Source of the DNA: Lophium mytilinum
Lineage: Eukaryota
Assembly: GCA_010093605.1 (NCBI GenBank)
Contig: MU004194.1
Span: 1,464,323-1,528,322, forward strand
DNA length: 64,000 nt
Direction: 5' to 3'
Shown here: one piece after another, positions 50,286 through 61,438 of the stretch
Numbering within the stretch: position 1 is the first letter of the stretch
Layout of the letters: each line of letters starts with the position of its first letter
The notes under the pieces: model-generated
Databases searched by the model: none
Seen by the model: only the letters and a program-made list of their open reading frames with translations
What the model was told of the DNA's origin: nothing
Translations under genes and position numbers: made by a program

Positions 50286-51064
50286 TAAGCCTTTGTGACA
50301 CTCTGTGTGCATTTGCAATGAGGTTGACGCAAAATTAGGAAGTTATCTATGCAATTGCGCAATGTTCGATCACCATGCTTGAACTGCTTGGTGGAACTAA
50401 CAACGCCATCCATGATGTGATTAATGAGAGGCGGAACTCAACGAAATGATAGAGAGTGTGCGCACACGAGTGAACGAGAGAGGGAGAGAGGGAGAGGGAG
50501 AGAGAGGTGTTGCTTTGACGTGGAGATGCAATGTCGTCTGGCATGACGAGATGAACACTAGGTCTGATGAGGAAAAACGACCCATCACGTGATCTGAACT
50601 ACCATTTCAACTATATATTTGGATCTGTCATTGTTGGCTGAAAAGATGAAAGCCCTTCACCTAAATATAATAACATGCCATAGAAATTCGTACCCTTCTA
50701 GTCCTCGTAGAGCTACATCAGGTTGCCACTGTCTGGTCTACTAGTACACCAAGATGCCGAAGTGGTCTTTTGTTTAGAGGGCCGAGAATACTCCAAAGCT
50801 CCTCATGTGGCGGTATACGAATACGAGTGTACGGAATTGTATGACGAGTTATTGTAGTTTTCACTCTCTGATTGTAGGGCTTAAAGGTTTTCAGGCGTTC
50901 ACTCTGACGTGAGATCTTAGTGCCAGGATTTACCGCCAACTCATCACAAGTCGCTTGCATTGCACATTAGATATTCAGGGCGGAAGCGAACACTGCATAT
51001 AAGATGGAGTAAAGGCATACCAGACCTCATGAATTCTTCCAACTATCCAGTTTCAAGCTTCAAC

Positions 51065-51508
51065 ATGACCGTCAAAGCACAAGACCCTCCCTCCTTCAAT
51101 AAGCAACACCCTCTCTATGCCTCCTTCACCTCCGTTCCTCTCTCGCCTACAGCTACACTCATCACTGTAGCTGGTCAGGTTGCCGAAGATCCAGAGACGG
51201 GCGAAACACCATCCGACCTCTCCGCCCAGGTTGATCTCTGCCTGCGCCGCTTAAAGATCATCCTCGACCATGCGGGCGCCGGGAAGGCTGACATCACTCG
51301 CTTCATGTACTACGTTGCCCAGGGCGGCGTGGATCAGGTAGAGGCTGCTAAAGGCAAGGGCGCCGCAATAAAGCTTGTAGGAGGCAAGGTTGGAGAGTGG
51401 CTCGAAGGAAACCGACCTGCTAGCTGTTTTCTGAGAGTCTTTGGGATGAGTGATGAACGCTTCCTGTGCGAGTTTGAATGCATGGCTGTTGTAACAAAGG
51501 GCACCTAG
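51065..51508 (+). CDS. RidA/YjgF/UK114-family protein
   Basis: Starts MTVKAQDPP. Motifs LITVAGQVA, QVDLCLRRLKIILDHAGA, NRPASCFLRVFGM and LCEFECMAV. Confidence 0.88.
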   Translation: MTVKAQDPPSFNKQHPLYASFTSVPLSPTATLITVAGQVAEDPETGETPSDLSAQVDLCLRRLKIILDHAGAGKADITRFMYYVAQGGVDQVEAAKGKGAAIKLVGGKVGEWLEGNRPASCFLRVFGMSDERFLCEFECMAVVTKGT

Positions 51509-51622
51509 GACAGGAAAATGAAAGGGACTTTGAAAGAAGTAGTTGATGGACGCTATACAAATTCTAATGAACTATACATATAAGAAGACCCCTGATGTAT
51601 ATATGTTAAGATATAGCGATGA

Positions 51623-53031
51623 CTATACAATTCCCCAGAACTCCTCTGGCTCCAACGCCCACTTCTTACATAGCTCCTTATACTTCTTCGTGTACTCCTC
51701 GAACCTCGTCCGGACACCCTGTGCCGTCTTCATTTGGTCCCTCCCGACTTGATGCCGATGCGCCGCGTCCGGTCCATCCGCGACACGCACAAATCGCGCA
51801 TACGTCCAGATCTCCGGCAGCGGCGTGTGTTGGGTAAGGCCCTGCCCACCATACATCTGCATCGCCTCGTCGATCACCTTCAGCAACGCATTCGGAACAA
51901 GGATCTTGCTCTGCGCAATCGCGTACTTGCCCGCCTTGTTACCGGCGTAGTCCATCGTGTCGGCAGCGTTCAGCACTACTAGTCGCATACTGTCAATCGT
52001 CATGCGCATGTCCGCGATACGCTCGATGTTGCTGTCGAATTGGCCGATGAGCTTCCCGCGCGGCTTCTTCCTGGGCTCGATGCACCGGACGAGCGCGAGC
52101 TCATAGGCGCGCTCGGCTTGCCCGATCAGCCGCATGCAGTGGTGGATGCGGCCGGGGCCGAGACGTCCTTGGGCGATTTCGAAGGCGCGGCCCGGGCCGA
52201 GGATGATGTTCTCCTTGGGTACGCGCACATTGTCGTAGATGTACTCGCCGTGGCCTTCAGGCGCACAGTCGAAGCCCATAATGGTCAGGTTCCGCACTTG
52301 CTTTAGGCCGGGTGTCCGTGCTGGGACGACGAGAGTCGTGTGGCGGTTCCAAGGGTTAGGGTTCTCGGGGTCGGAGCAGCCCATGAGGATGTAGATGTTT
52401 AGGTCTTCGTTGTACTGGCAGTTGGCGTAGAGCTTGCGGCCGTTGATGATGACTTCGGTGTCCGTGATCTTCATGCTGCAGGCGATGTTGGTTGCGTCGG
52501 AGGAGGCGACATCAGGCTCGGTCATGGAGTAGGCAGAGCTCATCTCGCCGTTCATGAGGGGTTCCAGCCACTTCTTCTTTTGCTCCGGGGAGCAGTATTT
52601 GGCTAGTAGCTCGATGTTTCCAGTCTCGGGGGCGTGGCAATTCATTGTCTGGATATTTCTTAGTACATGTTTCGAGGAACGATTGAGGGCGTAAGTACCT
52701 GCGGAGCCCAGTACACCTTTCCCATGATCTCAGCACAGCAAGAGTATTCGAGGTTGGTCAGACCAGGGCTCTCTTTGAAGTGGTTTGGCAGAAAAAGGTT
52801 GAAGAGACCCTGTGCCTTCGCCTTTTGCCTCAACTCGTGGATAATCGGTGGGTTCTTCCACCGGTTGTCTTTTATTTGCGCTTTGAAGATTCTCTCTGCG
52901 GGTATACATTCTGTCTCGACCCATTCGTAAACTTGCTTGATCTTCTCGATAGCAAAGGGTCGTAGCTTGGCCTTCACCCACGGGGGAGTGCGGGCAAAAG
53001 CTGGGTGGTCCATTAGCGATTCTGATGACAT
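51623..53031 (-). CDS. Acyl-CoA dehydrogenase of the ACAD10/11 (LvaC/FadE2-like) subfamily
   Basis: Intron 52649-52698. Motifs AKAQGLFNLFLP, LTNLEY, MNCHAPETGNIELL, MTEPDVASSDATNI, AQGRLGPGRIHHCMRLIG and RVADGPD..H. Confidence 0.93.
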
Positions 53032-53177
53032 GGTGATGTTGGGTAGGTTCAGGGAGGAGGATTGAAATTATGAGAAAGATGAGGCTTCACATAAAAAGAC
53101 CTCAATTGCTTTTGATCACCACAGACGCGTGTTTTTCGGTCCATGGTTAGCTCGAATATGGAGTGATAGACCTGGGG

Positions 53178-53183
53178 CCGAGG
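53178..53183. promoter_or_regulatory. FarA/FarB-type motif CCGAGG in the divergent ACAD/esterase promoter
   Basis: CCGAGG (= CCTCGG) lies ~150 bp upstream of the ACAD ATG. A second CCTCGG at 47269-47274 is ~180 bp upstream of the APH kinase ATG. It is a short motif, so chance occurrence is possible. Confidence 0.45.
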
Positions 53184-53384
53184 TGGTTTGCGGGGAGAGC
53201 TTCAGGCGGCGCGGACGGAAGTCGTTAAGCGTTGGAGCTCCCCAGCCTTTCGTCCCCCACCGACGTTCGACCATCACCGGAACTGATGATTCATTGGTTG
53301 CTTGGTGTTGTAGAGGTTCCTTTATGTGCCAATCAGTCATAATGAAGGTAGCTTTCATGCTGCACCTACCTTTCTGTCGTGAAA

Positions 53385-54509
53385 ATGGGAGACTTCGCAA
53401 AGCCCTGGATTGAGGTAGGTACTTCCACAGCTAGCTTCTCAAGAGCTTCACACTGACTTTCTTCAAGTTTGAAAAAGAGTTCGGTCAACGTCCTATCCTT
53501 CATGGCCCCCTCCAGAACTGCCTCGATGGCTTTGCAGGCATTGGCGCCGCGCTGGTAGCCAAGTACGAATTCCCTCCGCCCGATGCATCTATCACGACGG
53601 AGGACAAGGTGACAGAGGAGGGGCTAGGAGTCCGTGTCTATACTCCGCCTGGATATGCTGGAGGCAAGCCTGTTGGAGTATACTTCCATGGCGGAGGGTG
53701 GGCAATGGGCGACATTGATGGGGACGACCCCTGGTGCCGGGCCATGTCGAAGATGGCTGGAGTGGTCCTCGTCTCCATCGAGTACGGCCTTGCTCCAGCA
53801 AACAAACATCCTGGCCTACTAGATGATTGCTTCAAAGGCTTCCAATGGACCCTGAAAAATGCGGCTTCATTGGGTGGCATTGAAGGCAAGATCTTTGTGG
53901 CTGGGATATCTGCGGGGGCAGGCCTTGCTTTGGGAACCGCTTTGAGAGCCATCGATGAAGGCTACGGTAGCTCTCTGGTTGGAGTGGTAGCTCAGGTGCC
54001 GGCAACCTGCCATCCCGATGCTGTTCCGGAAAATCTCCAGTCGAAATACACTTCGTACACAGAGCATGCTGAAGACACGATTGATTCGGATTCAGCTATG
54101 AGAGCATTTTGGGGTAGGCCATCACCAATGTCTTGTAGAGTAGATTCGGCGATACTAAATGTAACTCTAGGTGCATTCGGAGCGCCCCCTACTGATAAAT
54201 ACGCATCGCCGCTTTTACATGACAAGATCAAAGATTTGAACAAGGTGTATCTTACAGTCGCTGGACACGACACGCTTCGCGACGATGGCCTCCTCTTCCA
54301 GCAAGCACTTGATGAGAACAAGTGAGTCTTCTTATGCGAGCCATAACTCTATCGGGATATTCTAATACCCGTACAGAGTCCCTAATAAAATCGATTTCTT
54401 CGCGGGCTACCCACACTACCACTGGACTTGGCCATCGAAACATCTCGATGAAGCAAGGGCGGAATACCTGGGAAAAGTGGCAAAGGGAATCGATTTTGTC
54501 ATTTCATGA
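53385..54509 (+). CDS. Alpha/beta hydrolase, HSL-like esterase (possible lactonase)
   Basis: Four exons starting MGDFAKPWIE. Motifs YFHGGGW, GISAG nucleophile elbow, GHDTLRDDG and GYPH. Confidence 0.9.
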
Positions 54510-55343
54510 TCTCTGGGCCATCTTTTCTGGCAAAGTCATACATGCAAACCATATCTTCCATGCCAAATATCTACAATATCGGCATACTGCATTAATTCCT
54601 CGTTGCCAAGTCATCTCAGCTTCCCGCGGGCATGCTTTCTCGTGACTTGAACTCCCCGCGAAAGTTTCTCCGGGTCATACATGACTCGCCAAACCAATAT
54701 GAAAATGGACCCATGCGTCAGGCCTCGCTCAAGTTGGCAGCCCAATCGCAAGAACAACATTAGAGAGATTACAGCGAGGACTCTATATTCAATATGGCGT
54801 GCCTGGACGTCAAAAAGATAATGTGTAGACCAGCAGCTAGTACAAACATTAGAAAAGGGCCGTAAACCGTGTTACTAAGCACTATTTCATCGCTCCCACT
54901 TCTCCACATATTCGACCTCCACGTCTCACTTCAACCCCGCTCCAAGCATCATGCCCCACCACCACCTGACGTCCTGGGGGGACCTGTATCTCGTTCTCCG
55001 GTCTCAGCCAGAGCTCATCCCAGCCAATCACTTTGCGATGTTTTCTGCGAGTTCATAGTAGCCATGGCACCGGTGGGTGTTTTCCGCCCGCGACTGCTGC
55101 TACGGCAAAGTGCTGGCAAATTGTATGGGATGGCTAGGCTAGACTGACGGAGCTCTCGCCGAATATTCCAGTCCGTACCTACTGTTAAAGCTCATATCAG
55201 ACACAGAAGATATTCCTGCTGAGACTAAACACCCTCTTCTATTACTCCCTCAAGCGTTCTCCGAACATCACATTGCATAATCCGAGCACCCTCTCGGACA
55301 TCTTGAGTACCATACCAGACATTTCCAGCACACGCTCGTAACA

Positions 55344-56459
55344 ATGAAGGCCGGCCAGTGGGATCCGGTATGTATATACCTGAAATACAACCGCGACTGC
55401 GCTGATACTCGTCGTCTAGAAACAAAAGAAGGTTGTCATCAATGACATCCCCAAGCCGGAGGCCGGTCCGGGCCAGTTCCTCGTAAAAATACAATCAGCT
55501 TCACTATGTCATTCCGATTTGATGATGGAAATGCGGCCAGACTACAATGTTACGCTAGGTCATGAGGGCGTGGGACACATCGAGACAGTAGACCCCGCTG
55601 CGGAAGGGAAGGGCTTCAAAGTGGGTGATGCTATTGGGTTCAACTACTTTATCGGCGCCTGCTTCGAGTGCGAAAACTGCATGGTTCACAACATGTGGTG
55701 CAAGACGGGAAACTCGCGCCTCCAAGGGTTCATGGTGGACGGGTATTTTGCGGAGTATGCTGTGGTGGATTGGCAAAACGCCGTTCTTCTGCCGGAGGTA
55801 TTGGATATGTCTAAGACCGCACCACTGTTTTGCGCCGGGATTACAGGTTAGTTTACCGGCCGTTCGATTTACCCGCATAACCGCTAACGAAATTACTAGC
55901 CTTTCATGCTGTCGACAGCTGCGAACTGAAGCCAGGTCAGTGGCTCGCCGTTGTCGGATGTGGAGGACTGGGACAGTATGCAACTCAATACGCAAAGGCA
56001 ATGGGTTTCAAGGTCATTGGAATCGACATCAGCGACGATCAGCTAGCTATGGCTAAGAAGGTCGGCGCCGATGCCACCTTCAACTCCATGACAAACAAGG
56101 GGTATTTGGACGAGATCAAGAAACTTACAGACGGCGGATGCCATGCTTCGGCTGTCTTCGCCGCGTCCAACCCTGCGTATGCTGGAGCAACAAAGGTCCT
56201 TCGCGTAGGAGGTTTGTTGATGGTTATTGGTATCGCACCAAAGCCCCTTGAGTTCTCTACATTCGACCTTACTACAGGTGTATACCGTGTGAAGGCAGAC
56301 AGCACGAGTATTCCTCAGCGCATGAAGAAGGCCGTCGATTTCACCGCGAAGCACAACATCCAACCTGATGTTGACTTCAGGAAGATCGAGGATCTCCCTG
56401 CTATGGTTGACCAGATGCACTCCGGCAAGGCTGAGAAGAGATTGGTTGTCGTCTTTTAA
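55344..56459 (+). CDS. Zinc-dependent medium-chain alcohol dehydrogenase
   Basis: Three exons. Motifs SASLCHSD, GHEGVG, CFECENC...C, APLFCAGIT and GCGGLG. Confidence 0.93.
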
Positions 56460-56773
56460 GCTCGATTTCCACCCTTGTAGAATTACCCTGGTTACGTTAA
56501 TATATAACCAACATAAGAAGCTCCCCCTCGATGCCGCCCTGAATTTGGGTCTTTCCCGTACTGTCAAACCCCCAAGAATGCCACTAGCCAGGCACATATG
56601 ATCTTCTTTCATGATATCTAATCTGGAAAGGGTCATGACGATAACCCCGCTCTTGAACTCGGTATCTCATTCCGCGTAACTGGATTAGTGCCCCTTCCCT
56701 TCGCGTATAAGACCATGCTGACCATGAGTACGACTTTGCGGCATCCATCATGTAAAGTTCATTTCTACTCATC

Positions 56774-57468
56774 ATGGTCCACAAAAAGATTGATCACCAG
56801 TTCGCCTTCAAAGAGTTGGAATATGAGACGGAAGAGAACTATCAACGTGAGAAATCATTCCCAAGTTATAAAGGTCTGTACTGACTTCCACTAGCATGCA
56901 TCAAGCTTTCCTTCTTCTTCAGCAAGCTGCCACACGTCTCTTATGAGCACTTTCACAAACACTACGCTCACGTACATGCCGATTTGACAGTAGCCTCAAA
57001 AGACTTCAATGTTTGCAAGATCCAGAGATATGTACAGGTATTACCATCTTCCAGCATGGAACGTCACCAAATTCACCATTTTTCAGACACACCAAACGCC
57101 CGAGATGAAGGAAAAGGTCAAGTCATTGGGAATGGACCTGCTCGACTACGATGGATGCTCTCAGATATGGGTTAAGTCGTGGGACGATTGGGAGAAGTTT
57201 TTCACAAGTCCACAGTACGCTGCAGGCAAGTCATTCGCCAACAATCATCCAATAATACACAGTGTAACCCATCGCAGCTTTGGGCCCTGATTGTGCTAAC
57301 TTTATGGACACCTCGAACGGAATCAAGGTTATGGCCGGGTACGCTCGGCGAGAATCCTGGAGGATTGAAGCTATAACATCTGCTGACTCCCAACACAGGA
57401 ACGATCTCATTGTCTTCGGGAAAGCCATTCCTGACTGTGATGCGAAGGATGGACTCACTAGCACTTAA
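56774..57468 (+). CDS. EthD-domain protein
   Basis: Multi-exon gene: CIKLSFFFSKLPHVSYEHFHKHYAHVHADL...IQRYVQ...DYDGCSQIWVKSWDDW...LGPDCANFMD. One intron (57226-57277) has a GC donor. Confidence 0.85.
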
Positions 57469-58252
57469 ACGACGTCAATCCTTCGTAAGTATTTCTCATT
57501 GATGTCGATAACCGCAACCGACGAGCATTGTCATCGAATGAGTGTTCACAATAGACCACTTTGGATCGAGTCCCAACGTGGAGGACGTTGGTAATTCCTC
57601 AAACCTGAAGAACTATGTTTCACGTCAGGGGAAACATTACAAGCGAGGTTTAACGTGAAGAACTTCATTTTTCACTCATCTGACCTCTCGCCTGTGAAGA
57701 ATGATAGCAGGCAAGAAGCGGATAATGGCCTGGATGTCCTCGCTTCTCGCCTATCCCCTCTCCACCAATCTCAAAAATGTACAAATGTTACTCTTCGAAG
57801 TTAGTCCACATAGAAAAAGCCTTATCCGCCACTATTCGATCTCAAGCCAAGAGTTCTAGCCCCATGGACCTCCAGGCTCGTAACAACTGACCAATAGCAC
57901 TCGAATCATACTTTAGCTCGGTCCAGATGCTTAATCTTCCAGCAACCGGGTACCGTGATCCTGCAGGAAAAGGGCACCCGTACCCCAGATCTGGCCCAAA
58001 TTCGGCAAAGCGCCCCAGCCTCGCTACCCCAGACATACACAAGCTTCCGCGTCCTCCAACCAACGGAGCGGCGGATGTAGTATTTGTGGGGTCGGGCACG
58101 TTTGGAGGGCGGGGTCCCGACCCGCTGGGTTAGGGTCATGTGGAGAGGCATGGCAAGGCTGTTGTTGCGGTGATCAACATAAAAACTCCTTTCTGTCGAC
58201 AGGTTTCGCTCGTTCTTTCCTGTCATCATTTCTGATTCTACTCTTCATCGTC

Positions 58253-60340
58253 ATGGCTATCGCAGAAGAACCTTACAGCCGCCCCTCCTCTACGGAGAAG
58301 GGCGATATCGAGAAAGTGGAGGAGATCCATGGGGACATCGCAACTACCGCTGCCCCAGATGTTCCCGTGGAAATGACATGGAAGACTTGGGCCGTTATTT
58401 TTGTAAGTTTGATCTGTAATCTTCAAGCTAAAGACGGAGAAGCTGACAGCTTTTAGGTTCTCTCTTCGACATTTGGGCTCAGTTTCTGGCCTGTACCTAC
58501 CACAGCTGCGCTCCAAAGCAAACTTGCTGCACAGTGGCTATCTCCCTTGTCTTCCGCCTGGTTTATCCCGGCCTATACAACGGCCAATGCCATCGGGTTC
58601 TTACTTGCTGGTGCGAACTCTGATCTATTTGGCCGTCGCCTGTTTCTCCTTTTCGGAAATGTCACATGCTGCGTTGGATTCCTCGTTGCCGCGACATCAA
58701 AAGGTCCCACTCAGTTCACTGCTGGATTGGCTATCGGTGGATTTGGAGGTGGATTCTGCCAGATGGCGATGTGAGTAGATCCAAAGTATCGAATGCTCAA
58801 GTGCCTCTTCTGACATTCTACGCCAGGTGCTCGATTCCAGAGCTGATGCCGAATAAATTCCGTCACATCGGTGTCTGTCTTTCGGATGGGTTCGTCTTTG
58901 TGATTGTGGTCATCGGACCTGTCGTCGGAAGAGTAAGATTTACCTCACTACTTGAATGCTGGAGATGCTAACAAATACTAGTACGCCATCGATGACGGAA
59001 ACTGGAAGTACATCTATTACGGAGGATTCGTCGCCCAGTTCATGTCCCTGACTGCCCTCTTCCTTTTCTACAAGCCACCAAAGCACCCCAAGGGTATTCC
59101 GTGGCACGAAGCCCTCCCTGGCTTGGATTACGTTGGCGCTTTCCTTGTCGTTCCAGGAATATGTCTCACGCTCGTTGGCATCATCAACACCACCGTGAGT
59201 CATGATACACCCTCAGTTTCCAGCTTCTTCTGACAAAACCTAGTACAAGAAAAGCACCGACATCCTCGTCATCGCCCCCATGTGCGTCGGCTTCGGCGTC
59301 CTGATTCTCTTCGGCCTCTGGGAGACCTTCTCCAAGTACGCCCCTTCCCCCTGAATTACCTCAACCTCATTCAACTTCTAACACCCTCACAGCGTCAAAT
59401 ACCCCCTCTGCCCACCGCGCATTTTCCGCAGCCACAACGGCCGCGAGTTCACCGTCCCCTTCGTAATCGCCTTCATCGTCACTATGTTCTACTACGGCAT
59501 CAACGTCATCTACCCGACTATGATCAACGTCTTCTACATCACCCCCACCACCTCGCGCGCTGAGACCCTCCTCCTTACGCTCCCGGGTAACCTCGGCCTC
59601 GTCTTCGGCGCCCTCCTTCTCATCGCTTTCGGCAATCTCGTCGGCCACTGGAAATGGAGCCTGATCGCCTCATGGTCCGGCATGACGCTCTTCGGCGGGC
59701 TGATGGCGCTCGTGACCCCCTACAACAAGGGCATGATGATCGCCTTCACCTTTATCATGCAGACGTTCTTCGGCTGGGCGCAGTACGAGAGCGTCGCGTT
59801 CACGCAGCTGGGCGTCGCCCAGCAAGATCTGGGCATGAGTGGCGGGCTGGCGGGCGTCGCGCGGTATGCGGGAGGCTCGCTCGCGCAGGCGATCTATGTG
59901 AGTGTGTTGGCAAATACGCAGGCCTCAAAAGCAGCGGTAACACTGCCGGCGGCGGCGATGAAGGCTGGGTTAAATAAGGCTGCGGCCCAGCAGTTGTTGG
60001 TGGCGTTTCCGTTGGGTGCAGAGGCGATTATGAAGGTGCCTGGTGTGGTGAGTTTGCCCCTTTCTCCTTTTCCTACCCTCTGTAACTTTCAATACCTATG
60101 ATGGCGAACTTGTACTAATCTTGTGGTGCGTAGAACGCGGATATCATTGCAGCAGCCAGCACGGCGTTCAAGTGGTCATACGCCCATGGTCTCAAGATCA
60201 CGGCGCTGAGTTCGCTGGCGTTTGGTGGGCTTGGGCTTATCATGTGTCTCCTGGTTGAGAACATTGATGCCAAGATGAATAACAAGACGGAGATCTATCT
60301 GGAGAATGATGTTTATGGCGAGCGCAACGAGTTCCATTGA
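58253..60340 (+). CDS. MFS transporter, TRI12/fungal trichothecene-efflux-like family
   Basis: Multi-exon gene. Motifs GANSDLFGRR, IPELMPNKFRH, FLFYKPP, LDYVG and DLGMSGGLAGVARYAGGS. Confidence 0.9.
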
Positions 60341-61438
60341 TTGGAATTGGCTGTGTGAGTAGATAGTAATATGCAGCACGAATTATGACCAGATATGGTA
60401 TTGATATGTTAATATCCCGCATGGTTCCTTGCTACATCACTGGTTGTTACCCTGAGTTGGGTTTACCATTAGTGAGTAGTGATTGATCACGAGGTGAAAG
60501 AGGGAAATCTTCACATTTTCATGCTCTTCCAATTTGAAGACCGTATGATCTTTTAAACTGCAGGTCATAGCATCTGCTGCCGGCGGTGATTAGTGTAGGT
60601 GATTGTCATTATTCCACCGCTATAACTCCCTACAATAGGTTTCCCTGTTCACTGTGGTCATTCTATCATGGCTGTACTGTAATGGATGCGACGAATTCGT
60701 CTCCAAGAGTGTTAAGCTTATACACTGAGAACAAAAGCTTCGAGAACAAAAAGCATGTCATACTCATGATGTGTCGAGCTTGGCATAGTGTATGCTGCGA
60801 TAGACTCTTTGGTAACTAATCTATTAGAGTAGACCACTGATTATGTCGATCAAATCTCTCCCAAACATCCGGTTCGGCCGGTCGTAATGCCCGAAGACTG
60901 ATCTAGATCCAGACTCATGTTTGTCATTGTCACCTAGTATCTCAAATCGCCAAAGCTAGAATCGCATGTTGTGGCGTCCGGAGTTTGATATCCCCGCACA
61001 GATCTCCAACCCCAGATCTTCGCTATTCTTTCTCCGCGTCCCAATCATGCAACCTTATTTAGTACCATGCGGAGTAATGAATCAGTACAGGGATACCCCA
61101 CAGTATGCTTCATTTCTGATACGCTGACCTACCACACAACACGCTACGATGTGCCCAGCTGTCAGTGCCATGTGCCTCCCCGGGATCCATCGCGCGAAGC
61201 TCAAGCTCAAGCCCAAGCTCAAGCTCAAGGCTACGCGAAGACGCGAAGACCGAAAATTGCGTACACGTGCGCTTTCCTGACCGACAGTTCCACCTGGGGA
61301 ATCTGGGGCACTTAACTTGTCGGTACCTCCCCCAGATTATCTCCACATTCCCGGATTCTGGGGTCGTTTTCCCTCCCTCATTCCCCAATAACCCCCATTA
61401 CCACTCTGAGGCTAAGAGACCTCCCATCTACCATCACC

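Noticed and set aside
51540..56520. Cryptic read-through PTS1 on ACAD, esterase or ADH
   Set aside because: No TGA-CTA context, and the read-through extensions do not end in SKL-like tripeptides.
61199..61229. (GCTCAA)n microsatellite
   Set aside because: Five-copy simple repeat in an intergenic region with no further support.
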